Below, one piece after another: positions 9,659 through 18,772 of a DNA stretch of 57,124 nt. The DNA is from Anaerolineae bacterium (GTDB taxonomy: Bacteria > Chloroflexota > Anaerolineae > Epilineales > JAHCIE01), in NCBI GenBank assembly GCA_026129165.1, contig JAHCIP010000004.1:1-57124 (forward strand), given 5' to 3'. A program made the position numbers and the translations under genes. The notes under the pieces are model-generated. The model did not search any database and was not told where the DNA came from. It was given only the letters and a program-made list of their open reading frames with translations. Numbering within the stretch: position 1 is the first letter of the stretch; every line of letters begins with the position of its first letter.

Positions 9659-9683
9659 CGAATTAGGATTTAAGTCAAGCGCA

Positions 9684-9692
9684 TGCTATAAT
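9684..9692 (+). promoter_or_regulatory. Extended -10 promoter for the glycosylation cluster
   Basis: TGCTATAAT (TGnTATAAT) about 50 bp upstream of ATG 9744. Confidence 0.65.
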
Positions 9693-9743
9693 TGCCGGCC
9701 CTGGGGCGGTTCGCCGCCCCAAATTCACGCCCATTGGTCGAAC

Positions 9744-10748
9744 ATGCGTAATCCCCGTGTTTGGATTGGTCTTGCGGTCAGCGTTGTCTGTCTCTACTTC
9801 GCCTTTCGCGACTTCAACCCGGCCGACCTGACAGCGGCGTTGGTGCAGGCCCGCTATATCTGGTTGATTCCCGCCATGCTCGTCATCGCGGTGTCCCAGG
9901 TCGTGCGCGCCTATCGTTGGGGGCAACTCTTTTACCCCGACCCCGCCCCGCCGTTGGGACGGCTGTTCTCGGCTCTCAGTGTCGGCTACCTGACGAGTAC
10001 GGTGTTTCCGGCCCGCCTGGGTGATGTGGTCCGCGCCGTCCTGATTGGCGGCCGCGAGGGCCAGCGTATCGCCCAATCCTTCTCCACCGTTATCGTGGAG
10101 CGAGCGCTGGATGTCCTGAGCATTATCGTCATGCTGGTCGTCATGCTGCCCTTTGTCAGCCTGCCGCCGCTGCTGGCTCAGTCGGCCATCACCATTGGTA
10201 TCCTCTTTGTCGCCCTGTTCGGGGCCTTGTGGCTGGCGGAGTGGCAGCGGGAGCGCGCCTTAACCCTGGTCCATTGGGTCTTCCGCCGCGTGCCGCGCCT
10301 GGACCCCGACCGCTGGACACAGCGGGTAGGCGGCCTCATAGACGGTCTCAAAATTATGCGCGCGCCGCTCCCTCTTGCCAGGGTAACGCTGCTGTCGCTG
10401 GCGATCTGGGCGCTCGGCGGCGCTTTTTTTATGTATCTCGTCATGCGGGCCTTCGGTCTGCAAAATGAGGTCGTTCCGCCAGGCAGCGCGCTCCTGGTCG
10501 CCGCCTTCGCGCAAGTCGTCGTCGCCCTGGCCGCCACCGCGCCCTCCTCACCCGGTTATGTGGGCGTCTATCACGTGGCGGCGGTCACGGCGCTGGAGGC
10601 GTTTGGCGTGCCCCATGCCGACGCGCTGGCGTTCGCCCTGGTGTCCCACGCGGCGAACTTTGGCCTGATTATCGTGATCGGTGTTATTTTTCTGTGGCGG
10701 GAAGGGTTGAGCTTCGGCCAGTTGACCCACCCCCAGGTCGAAAAGTAA
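9744..10748 (+). CDS. Lysylphosphatidylglycerol synthase TM / UPF0104 flippase-like membrane protein
   Basis: 334 aa, multi-TM, with RAYRW, P.RLGDVVR, VERALD and PSSPGYVGVYH motifs. Confidence 0.85.
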   Translation: MRNPRVWIGLAVSVVCLYFAFRDFNPADLTAALVQARYIWLIPAMLVIAVSQVVRAYRWGQLFYPDPAPPLGRLFSALSVGYLTSTVFPARLGDVVRAVLIGGREGQRIAQSFSTVIVERALDVLSIIVMLVVMLPFVSLPPLLAQSAITIGILFVALFGALWLAEWQRERALTLVHWVFRRVPRLDPDRWTQRVGGLIDGLKIMRAPLPLARVTLLSLAIWALGGAFFMYLVMRAFGLQNEVVPPGSALLVAAFAQVVVALAATAPSSPGYVGVYHVAAVTALEAFGVPHADALAFALVSHAANFGLIIVIGVIFLWREGLSFGQLTHPQVEK

Positions 10749-10760
10749 AGGAGTAGTTAC

Positions 10761-11798
10761 GTGCTAGATCAACGACGGCGTATCCTGATTACCGGCGGCG
10801 CGGGTTTTATTGGCTGCAACCTGGCCGATCGTCTGGTCCAGGACGGCCACAGCGTCACGGTGCTGGATAATCTGTCGCGGCGCGGGACCGACAAGAACCT
10901 GGCCTGGCTGCGCGAGCGCCATGCCCATCGGTTCCAGTTTGTGCAGGGTGACATCCGCAATCCGGAGACGATGAACCAGGTCGTGACCGGGATGGAGGTC
11001 ATTTACCATCTGGCCGGCCAGACTGCCGTCACGACCTCGGTCACGAACCCGCGCGACGACTTCGAGGCCAACGCGCTGGGGACGTTTAATGTGCTGGAGG
11101 CCGCCCGCCGTTTCGGCGACGAGCCGGCCCTGCTCCTGTCCTCGACCAACAAGGTCTACGGCGGCATGGAGGACGTGGCGGTGGTGGAGTTGCCCACGCG
11201 CTACACCTACCGCGACCTGCCCGAAGGCGCCACCGAGCACCAGCCGCTGGATTTCCATTCTCCCTACGGCTGTAGTAAAGGGGCGGCCGACCAGTATGTG
11301 CGCGACTACCACCGCATCTATAGCCTGCCTACGGTCGTCTTCCGCCAGAGCTGCATCTACGGCCCGCGCCAGATGGGCGTCGAAGACCAGGGCTGGGTCG
11401 CCTGGTTCCTCATCGCCACGACCGTCGGTCGGCCCATCACCATCTACGGTGACGGCAAGCAGGTGCGAGACCTGCTCTACATAGATGATCTCGTCAACGC
11501 CTACAAACTGGCGGTCCACCATATCGACAAGACGGCTGGACAGGTGTACAATATCGGCGGTGGGGCGGCGCGGACGATGTCCGTCTGGGCCGAATTTCGC
11601 CCCATCCTGTCCGAGGTCTTTGGCCGCGCCATCCCCGATGTGCCCCACGCCGACTGGCGGCCAGGCGACCAGCCTGTCTTCTTCTGTGACATCCGCAAGG
11701 CGCAGGCCGACTTTGGCTGGCAGCCTCAGGTGGGCGTGGTCGAGGGCATTCGTCGTCTGGCGGAGTGGGTCCAGGCTAATCGAGAGTTGTTTGGATAG
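10761..11798 (+). CDS. NAD-dependent sugar epimerase, CDP-paratose 2-epimerase (RfbE/Tyv)-like
   Basis: ITGGAGFIG, HLAGQTAVTTS..NPR.DFE.NA.GT.N.LEA, SSTNKVYG, LDFHSPYGCSKGAADQY..DY.R, EDQGWVAWF, and WRPGDQ. Confidence 0.88.
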   Translation: MLDQRRRILITGGAGFIGCNLADRLVQDGHSVTVLDNLSRRGTDKNLAWLRERHAHRFQFVQGDIRNPETMNQVVTGMEVIYHLAGQTAVTTSVTNPRDDFEANALGTFNVLEAARRFGDEPALLLSSTNKVYGGMEDVAVVELPTRYTYRDLPEGATEHQPLDFHSPYGCSKGAADQYVRDYHRIYSLPTVVFRQSCIYGPRQMGVEDQGWVAWFLIATTVGRPITIYGDGKQVRDLLYIDDLVNAYKLAVHHIDKTAGQVYNIGGGAARTMSVWAEFRPILSEVFGRAIPDVPHADWRPGDQPVFFCDIRKAQADFGWQPQVGVVEGIRRLAEWVQANRELFG

Positions 11799-11816
11799 AC
11801 CAAAGGGAACGTCTGC

Positions 11817-13061
11817 ATGAAAGTTCTTGTTGCGTTAACCTATTATCGTCCCCATGTGAGCGGCCTGACCATCTACGTCGAACGACTGGCGAAGGCTCTG
11901 GCCGCGCGCGGCCACATCGTCACCGTCCTGACGGCCCACTATGACCACGCGCTGCCGCGCGAGGAAAATATTGACGGCGTGCACGTCATCCGAGTCCCCG
12001 TCGCCTTCCGGGTCAGCAAGGGTGTCATCATGCCCACCTACGGCCAGTGGGCCACGCGCCTGGTGCGCGAGCACGACGTGCTAAGCGTCCACCTGCCCCA
12101 GTTTGATGCCTGGGGGCTGGCGCTGCGCGCGCGGTTGTTCAACAAGCCCTGCCTGCTGACCTATCACTGCGACCTGCAACTCCCGGATGGCCTATTCAAC
12201 CGCGTCGTGGACCAGGTAACGTTCAGCGCGAACTACCTGGCCGCCACCTGGGCTGATAAGATTGTCGCCTACACGCAGGACTACGCTGACCACTCGCGCC
12301 TGCTGAGCAAGTTCAAGTCGAAAATTGAGGTCATCCCGCCGCCTGTTATCATGCCCGCGCCCGCTCCCTCGGATGTGGCCGCGTTCCGCGCCCGCCACCA
12401 CCTCTACGGCCGGCCTACCCTGGCCTTCGCCGCGCGGCTCGCCGCCGAGAAGGGGGTCGAAGTCCTGCTCGACGCCATGCCTACCCTCCTCGAACGCTTC
12501 CCGACGCTCAAAGTCCTCTTCGCCGGCCCGTATCAGAATATTGTGGGCGAGGAAGACTACTGGGCGCGGCTCGCGCCACGTATTCAGGCGCTCGGCGACC
12601 ACTGGGAATTCCTGGGGACGCTCAACCCCCTGACCGAGATGCCAGCCTTCTTTGGTGGCATTGACTGCCTGCTGGTGCCCAGCCTCAACTCCACCGAGTC
12701 GTTTGGACTGGTCCAGGTGGAGGCCATGCTGTGCGGTACGCCTGTCGTCGCCAGCAACCTGCCCGGTGTGCGCCAGCCCGTGAAGATGACGGGCATGGGC
12801 GAGGTCGTCCCCATTGGCGATAGCGCCGGCCTGGCCGAGGCGGTGACGCGCATTCTGCGCGACAAACCGCGCTACGTTCGCCCGCGCGGTGACATTGCCG
12901 CCAGCTTCGACCTGGAACGCACCGTGGACCACTACGAGGACCTGTTCGAAGCGGAGGTGGCGCGTACCACCCACCGCGTCGTCCTGCCGCGCCAGCGCCC
13001 CACGGAGCCATTAGTCGAACGCGCCGTGGAGCCGGCCGTCACAGGAGGTCCCCGTGAGTGA
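11817..13061 (+). CDS. GT4 family glycosyltransferase
   Basis: YYRPHVSGL, ARL..EKG, and PS...TESFGLVQVEAMLCGTPVVASNLPG (EX7E). Confidence 0.9.
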   Translation: MKVLVALTYYRPHVSGLTIYVERLAKALAARGHIVTVLTAHYDHALPREENIDGVHVIRVPVAFRVSKGVIMPTYGQWATRLVREHDVLSVHLPQFDAWGLALRARLFNKPCLLTYHCDLQLPDGLFNRVVDQVTFSANYLAATWADKIVAYTQDYADHSRLLSKFKSKIEVIPPPVIMPAPAPSDVAAFRARHHLYGRPTLAFAARLAAEKGVEVLLDAMPTLLERFPTLKVLFAGPYQNIVGEEDYWARLAPRIQALGDHWEFLGTLNPLTEMPAFFGGIDCLLVPSLNSTESFGLVQVEAMLCGTPVVASNLPGVRQPVKMTGMGEVVPIGDSAGLAEAVTRILRDKPRYVRPRGDIAASFDLERTVDHYEDLFEAEVARTTHRVVLPRQRPTEPLVERAVEPAVTGGPRE

Positions 13062-13902
13062 GCCAGTCCGGGATTACCTGTCTGAGTCGGTCACGACGTG
13101 GGCGCCGGTCACCTTCTCGCCCGACGATGACCCCTTCACCCGTCACATCCGCACCATGGCCCCCCACCGCGCCTTGCTGCGAGCCGTCGAAGTCAAGTTC
13201 ATGGGCAACGTCCCCCTCGTTCACCCCGTCCTCGACATCGGCTGCGGCGACGGCCACTTCGCATCCATCGCCTACAGTGAGAAGATTGACGTGGGGCTGG
13301 ACCCGCTGTGGAGCGACCTCATCGAAGCAGCCAAGCGGCGCGACACGTATCTGTCGGTGATGCAGGGCGACGCCACCCGAATGCCCTTCCCTGATGGATC
13401 GTTCAACACCGTCATCAGCAACTGCGTCATCGAGCATATCCCCGACAACGATGCTACGCTGTCCGAGATCTCGCGCGTCCTCAAGTCGGGCGGAACGTTC
13501 GCCACGACCCTACCCAGCGAGCACTACCCTGAGTTCCTACTGGGCAGCACTCTCGCCCGTCAGCTCGGCTTCCCCGACCTGGCGCGGCGCTACGGCGACT
13601 TCTTCAATAATATTTCGCACCACTACCACGTTTATCCTCCTGAAGAGTGGCGTCGCCGCCTGGCCGCTGTTGGTCTGGATATTGTCGAGCACCACTACTA
13701 CTTTTCCCCGGCCGCCCATCGCGCCTTCGACCTCAGCCACTATCTCGGCGTGCCGAATCTGATTGCCCGCGCCCTGACCCGCAAATGGGTCATCCACCCG
13801 GCCCAGATGGCCCCCTTCGAGCGGTGGCTGCGTCCGTATTACGAGGAGCCGCTACCCGACGTAGGAGCCTATCAGTTTGTTCGGTGCGTCAAACGCGCCT
13901 GA
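13054..13902 (+). CDS. Class I SAM-dependent methyltransferase
   Basis: VLDIGCGDG, GDATRMPFPDGSF.TV....VIEHI; start overlaps the GT4 stop. Confidence 0.88.
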   Translation: MSEPVRDYLSESVTTWAPVTFSPDDDPFTRHIRTMAPHRALLRAVEVKFMGNVPLVHPVLDIGCGDGHFASIAYSEKIDVGLDPLWSDLIEAAKRRDTYLSVMQGDATRMPFPDGSFNTVISNCVIEHIPDNDATLSEISRVLKSGGTFATTLPSEHYPEFLLGSTLARQLGFPDLARRYGDFFNNISHHYHVYPPEEWRRRLAAVGLDIVEHHYYFSPAAHRAFDLSHYLGVPNLIARALTRKWVIHPAQMAPFERWLRPYYEEPLPDVGAYQFVRCVKRA

Positions 13903-13923
13903 CCTTGAAAGACCGAGACGCCT

Positions 13924-16203
13924 ATGCAAGTATCCTCTTCCACCATCTTGCGGCGGGGTCTGACCCCGACTCTGCTCCTGGTTCTCGCGTTGGGCATCGC
14001 GGCCTGGGCGCAACGCTGGCTGACCGACCTGAGCGTGCCTCTCGACGGCAAAGTCGGCTATATCATTGCCGTCGCCCTCTTCGTTTACGCCCTTTTCCGC
14101 ACCCCGCTGTCGCTGCTGCGCGACTCGCCCCGCGCCGAGACCGTGCCCGCCGAGGTGAGTATCATTCGCCCCCTCTGGCGGGTCTGGCTGTTCCGTGCCT
14201 CGGCCGTCCTGTTCTTGCTCGGCTACATGAGCTTTGGCGAGAGTAGGGGCTGCGCGACGACCCTCAACTACTGCTTTACGCGCACTAATGTCGCCCTGTG
14301 GTTGCTAGGGGTGGGGACGCTGTTACTGGCCGCCTGGGACTGGAATGCCACCAGCCTAGCCCAGGTTTGGGACCGGGTGCGCAACCTTCGCGTCAACCTG
14401 GATTGGACGCGGTTAGCGCTGCTGGGCATCCTGGGCGTCGGGGCCTTTTTCCTGTTCTACCGCCTGGCGAGCGTCCCGGCCGAGACGACCTCTGACCACG
14501 CCGAGAAACTGTACGATGTGTACGACATCCTGCGCGGCCAGTACCCGGTCTTCATGTCGCGTAACACGGGCCGCGAGCCGCTGTACTTCTACTGGATCGC
14601 CTGGCTCGTCTCGACCTTCAATTTGACGCCGAATCACCTGGCCCTCAAGTTGTCCGGCAGCCTCATCAGCCTGGCGACCATCCCCCTGGCCTACCTGCTA
14701 GGCCGCGAGGTCGGCGGCAAGGGCGTCGGGCTGCTGACCGCCTTCTTCCTCGCCATCTCCAAGTGGTTTGTCTCCATCACCCGCGTCGGGCTGCGCGTGC
14801 CGTCGTCGCCGTTCCTGGCGACCCCCGCGCTGTTCTTTACCTTCCGCGCCCTACGCCTGAACCGCCGCAACGACTGGCTGCTGGCCGGGCTGTGTATCGG
14901 CCTGGGGTTGATGACCTATACCCCCTCGCGCATGATCCCCCTCATCGTCGTCATGCTCATCGGCCTACGCCTGCTGTGGGACGTGCTGACGATGCCGGGC
15001 GGCATCCGCGCGGCCTGGCGTTACCTGCGCTACCAGTTGGGCCAGGCGGGCGTACCTGGGTTGCGGCGCTCGGCCGCGTTGGGCATCGTGGCCGATGCCC
15101 CCGCGCCAAGCGATGAAACGGTCGTGGCGCCGCCAGCCGCTTCCCCCGTGTGGGATCCGGCCCAGCCTGTCCCGCCAACCCTCACCCGCGCCTTCTGGAC
15201 CAACGTGGTCCTGATGGTGGCCGTGGCCGTGGTGGCCTTTATGCCCCTGGTGCGGTTCAGCATCGAGCAGCGGGACCAATTCTGGTTTCGTTCCATTACC
15301 CGCGCGTCCGCCCGTGAGACGGGTCAGACCTTCAACGCGGTCGAGCGTTTCCTGGGCAATCTCTGGAACGCCGCCCTCCAGTTCAATTATCGCGGCGACA
15401 ATGTGTGGGTCAACACGGTTCCTTATGACCCGCAGTTGGACCCGGTCTCCGGGGCGCTGTTCGTCCTGGGCTTTGTCTATGTCCTCCTGGCGCTGATTGG
15501 CATGCTGCGCTGGTCGAAGGGACGCCAGGTCGGTATCTTCGGGGAGAGGAGCTTCACGGCGGCCGCCCTGCTCATCACGCTGCCCATGCTCCTCATGCCG
15601 TCCATCCTGGCGCTGGCATTTCCCATCGAAAATCCCTCCGTTTTCCGTGCCGCGAATGCCCCGCCGGTCGTTATGATCTTTGTGGCGCTGCCCCTGGTGT
15701 TGATCGTACGCCGGCTGCGGGAGGCGCTCGGCAACTGGGGCGGGATCGCGGCCGCCGGCCTGGTGGCCGCGGTCCTGCTGGCGGCCACCGTCATGAACTA
15801 CCGCACCTACTTCGAGACCTACGACTATCAGTTGCGGCGGACGGCTCAGAACGCGAGCGAGATTGCCGATGTGCTGGGCGGCTTTACCAAGAGCGTGGGG
15901 GACATTGACCATGCCTGGGTGGTGGCCTTCCCAAACTGGGTGGACACGCGCAACGTGTTCCTGGCGATGGGCGCTGGCCCCCGCAACAACTACCTACCCG
16001 TCGAGCAAGGCGCCAACGCGGCCCGGCCGCAGGTCAATGACCCGGCGCCCAAGATGTATATCCTGAACGTGACGGACCAGCGCAACCTCGGAATTTTGCG
16101 CTCGCTTTTCCCACAGGGTCAGGTGTATACTTATCAGTCACGGACAGGTCCGGATAAGGACTTCACCGTCTTCTTTGTGCCAGCAGCCAGCGCGCCCCAA
16201 TAA
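13924..16203 (+). CDS. GT-C fold membrane glycosyltransferase (PMT_2/ArnT-like)
   Basis: 759 aa, many TM helices, 'FLFYRL...P..T.SDHAEK' loop, 'GREPLYFY', 'YLLGRE..G...GLL.AFFLAIS.W....R', and a soluble C-terminal domain. Confidence 0.78.
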   Translation: MQVSSSTILRRGLTPTLLLVLALGIAAWAQRWLTDLSVPLDGKVGYIIAVALFVYALFRTPLSLLRDSPRAETVPAEVSIIRPLWRVWLFRASAVLFLLGYMSFGESRGCATTLNYCFTRTNVALWLLGVGTLLLAAWDWNATSLAQVWDRVRNLRVNLDWTRLALLGILGVGAFFLFYRLASVPAETTSDHAEKLYDVYDILRGQYPVFMSRNTGREPLYFYWIAWLVSTFNLTPNHLALKLSGSLISLATIPLAYLLGREVGGKGVGLLTAFFLAISKWFVSITRVGLRVPSSPFLATPALFFTFRALRLNRRNDWLLAGLCIGLGLMTYTPSRMIPLIVVMLIGLRLLWDVLTMPGGIRAAWRYLRYQLGQAGVPGLRRSAALGIVADAPAPSDETVVAPPAASPVWDPAQPVPPTLTRAFWTNVVLMVAVAVVAFMPLVRFSIEQRDQFWFRSITRASARETGQTFNAVERFLGNLWNAALQFNYRGDNVWVNTVPYDPQLDPVSGALFVLGFVYVLLALIGMLRWSKGRQVGIFGERSFTAAALLITLPMLLMPSILALAFPIENPSVFRAANAPPVVMIFVALPLVLIVRRLREALGNWGGIAAAGLVAAVLLAATVMNYRTYFETYDYQLRRTAQNASEIADVLGGFTKSVGDIDHAWVVAFPNWVDTRNVFLAMGAGPRNNYLPVEQGANAARPQVNDPAPKMYILNVTDQRNLGILRSLFPQGQVYTYQSRTGPDKDFTVFFVPAASAPQ

Positions 16204-16231
16204 TGGGAAGACGGGAACGCGGTCACGCGGA

Positions 16232-16258
16232 GTAGGGGTAGCCCCCCGTGGCTACCCC
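16232..16258 (+). repeat. GTAG REP-like palindrome
   Basis: GTAGGGGTAGCC-CCCCGT-GGCTACCCC. Confidence 0.75.
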
Positions 16259-16281
16259 AGGCGTAGTTAAGAGAGTAGGGT

Positions 16282-18750
16282 ATGACCACCGAGTATCCGA
16301 TACGTTCCACCGAGATCGAGGCGTCGAGAGAGACGCCGCCGGCCGCCCCCCCGCGCCCTCCGGTAGACCTGGTGCGTGTCCTGAGCGCGGTCGTCCTGTT
16401 TATCGTCGCGTATAACCTGGGCTGGGCCGTGAGTTCCCTGGTCGCGCCCGCGTGGGCTGCTCTCATCGGCGCTTTCGGGGCCGTCAGCGTGGGTCTCCTG
16501 GTTGGGGGCGCACGCTGGCCCACCCTGCGCGTTCCGCCGCGTGCGGCGCCAGCGCCCTCCTCGGCCGTCACGCCCTCAGTGGCTGCCGCCCCGATCACGA
16601 CGGCGGCAGCCACTGCTCCGCTCGTCACGACGCCATCCGTGATGGCCCCCGCCGCGCCGCCCACAGCGCGTGGCCCCAGGATCGGCTCACCAACCCTTCC
16701 CTCTCTGCCAGCCGTGACCCTGCCACGTCTGGGCGCGGGGGTGCGGCTGGAATGGCTCGGCCTCGTCCTGTTCGCGGCCTGCCTGGGCGTCTATGCCTAC
16801 ACTCGATTGGTCCAACTCGATGCCTTTCCCATCTACTTCTTCACCGACGAGGCCATCCATCCGGTTCTGGGGAGTGAACTGGTGCAGCGCGGCTGGACCG
16901 ACGCCTTTGGCCGCCTCTTCCCACCGTACTTCCAGAATGGACAGTACTGGAACCTGAGCCTGTCGGTCTACCTGCACGGGATTACCGCCACGCTGTTTGG
17001 CAAGTCCATTGTCGTCACCCGCGCTACATCAGCCCTGGTCAGCCTGACGGGTGCGTTCGCCATCGGCCTCATCCTTAAGCTGATCTTTAAGAACCGGCTG
17101 TGGTGGGCGTCGGTGCTCGTCCTGACTATTATGCCCGCCTGGTTTATGCACTCGCGCACGGCCTTCGAGGTCGTGCTGATGGTGTCGTTCTACTCCTGGT
17201 TCCTGCTGTTCTATTTGCTATACCGCTATCGCTCGCCCTTGTTCCTGTTCCCCGCCCTGCTATTCGGCGCGGCGACCTTCTACTCCTATTCCAACGGTCA
17301 GTCGGTGATGGGCATTACCGGCATCCTGCTGGCGGTGTCCGACCTGCGCTACCATCTGCGCCACTGGCGCGTTATTCTGTTTGGCCTGGCCGTCCTGCTC
17401 CTATTCGAGTGGCCCTACATCCGCTTCCGCAACCTCTACCCGGATGCGGTCTCCAATCAATTGCGCATCCTGGACTCCTACCTCTTCCACGCCATCACGC
17501 CCCAGGAGAAGGTGACGAACTTTATCACGCGCTACCTGCGCGGCCTGTCGCCCGGCTTCTGGTTCTTCCCGACCGACACAGAACTCATTCGCCACCGCTG
17601 GCTGGGCATGGGCAATATGCACCTCGCCACTCTGCCGTTCTGGCTGGTCGGCGTCGCAGTCGCCCTGTGGCGCGTCAAGTCGTCCGCCTACCGGACCATG
17701 ATCTTCGCCTTGCTGGCCGCGCCCGCCGGAGCCGCGCTGGCCGACATCGGCGTATTGCGCGTCCTGGCGTTTATCGTCCCGTCGGCCGTCCTGGTAACCG
17801 TCGGGTTGGACTGGCTGTTGAGCCTGCCGCGCAACCGCGTGGTCTACGCCGTCGGTGGGGCGGTGGTTCTCGTGTTTGGGGTGGTGACAAGCTACAGTAT
17901 GCTCAACGATGCCCTGGTGCGCGGGCCGACGTGGTATCAAAACTACGGCCTGTACGGGATGCAGTGGGGGACGAAGCAGATCTATGGCTATCTGCCGGAG
18001 TACCTCAAGCAGCACCCGAATGCCCGCGTTTACCTGTCGCCGTCGTGGGCTAATGGGACGGAAATCTTCAATCGTTTCTTCCTGCCCAATGAGTCGCGCG
18101 TCCAATTGATGAATGTGGACGCCTTTATCACGGATAAACGGTCCTTCGACCCGAACACGATCTTTGTCATGACGCCGGACGAGGTGGATCGTGCCAATCT
18201 CAGCAAGAAGTTCCAGCCTATCCAGGTGGAGCAGGCCATGCCGTACCCGAATGGCGCGAATGGCTTTATCTTCGCCCGGCTGAGCTATGTCCCCAATGTG
18301 GATGCCATCTTCCAGGCCGAGAAGGAGGCGCGCACCCGCCCGATCACTTCGCAGGTGGTCATCCAGGGCGAGACGGTGACCCTCAACCACTCGGTTCTCG
18401 ATAGTGGTGAGGCGAAGCACATGGTGGACGGCGACCGCTTCACCCTGGCCCGCGTGCGCGAGGCCAACCCGGCCATCGTCGAGTTTGTCTATCCCACGCC
18501 GCGCCCGATTACCGAACTGGCCGCCGACCTGGGGTCCATGGACTTCTCGCTGACCGTGTCGCTCTACGCGACGCCGACAAGCCAGCCGGTGACCTACACC
18601 GAGAGCTACCGCGGCCTGCCGCCCGACCCGCATGTCGAGATGAAGTTCCCCAACGCGCCGCCCCAGGTGACGAAGGTGCGTATCGAGGTCAAGGACTTGA
18701 ACGCGGGCGAGTTGGCGAAGATTCACATCCGCGAGTTGACGCCGAAGTAG
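16282..18750 (+). CDS. GT-C fold membrane glycosyltransferase (PMT_2-like) with Pro/Ala linker and possible C-terminal galactose-binding-like domain
   Basis: 822 aa, with 'YTRL..L..FP.YFFTDEA' and 'PAWFMHSR.AFE'. The C-terminal beta domain ('MVDGD..T...VTKVRIEV...IHIREL') resembles discoidin/CBM32. Confidence 0.8.
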   Translation: MTTEYPIRSTEIEASRETPPAAPPRPPVDLVRVLSAVVLFIVAYNLGWAVSSLVAPAWAALIGAFGAVSVGLLVGGARWPTLRVPPRAAPAPSSAVTPSVAAAPITTAAATAPLVTTPSVMAPAAPPTARGPRIGSPTLPSLPAVTLPRLGAGVRLEWLGLVLFAACLGVYAYTRLVQLDAFPIYFFTDEAIHPVLGSELVQRGWTDAFGRLFPPYFQNGQYWNLSLSVYLHGITATLFGKSIVVTRATSALVSLTGAFAIGLILKLIFKNRLWWASVLVLTIMPAWFMHSRTAFEVVLMVSFYSWFLLFYLLYRYRSPLFLFPALLFGAATFYSYSNGQSVMGITGILLAVSDLRYHLRHWRVILFGLAVLLLFEWPYIRFRNLYPDAVSNQLRILDSYLFHAITPQEKVTNFITRYLRGLSPGFWFFPTDTELIRHRWLGMGNMHLATLPFWLVGVAVALWRVKSSAYRTMIFALLAAPAGAALADIGVLRVLAFIVPSAVLVTVGLDWLLSLPRNRVVYAVGGAVVLVFGVVTSYSMLNDALVRGPTWYQNYGLYGMQWGTKQIYGYLPEYLKQHPNARVYLSPSWANGTEIFNRFFLPNESRVQLMNVDAFITDKRSFDPNTIFVMTPDEVDRANLSKKFQPIQVEQAMPYPNGANGFIFARLSYVPNVDAIFQAEKEARTRPITSQVVIQGETVTLNHSVLDSGEAKHMVDGDRFTLARVREANPAIVEFVYPTPRPITELAADLGSMDFSLTVSLYATPTSQPVTYTESYRGLPPDPHVEMKFPNAPPQVTKVRIEVKDLNAGELAKIHIRELTPK

Positions 18751-18772
18751 CGGGCGTAGGGGGTGGTGGACT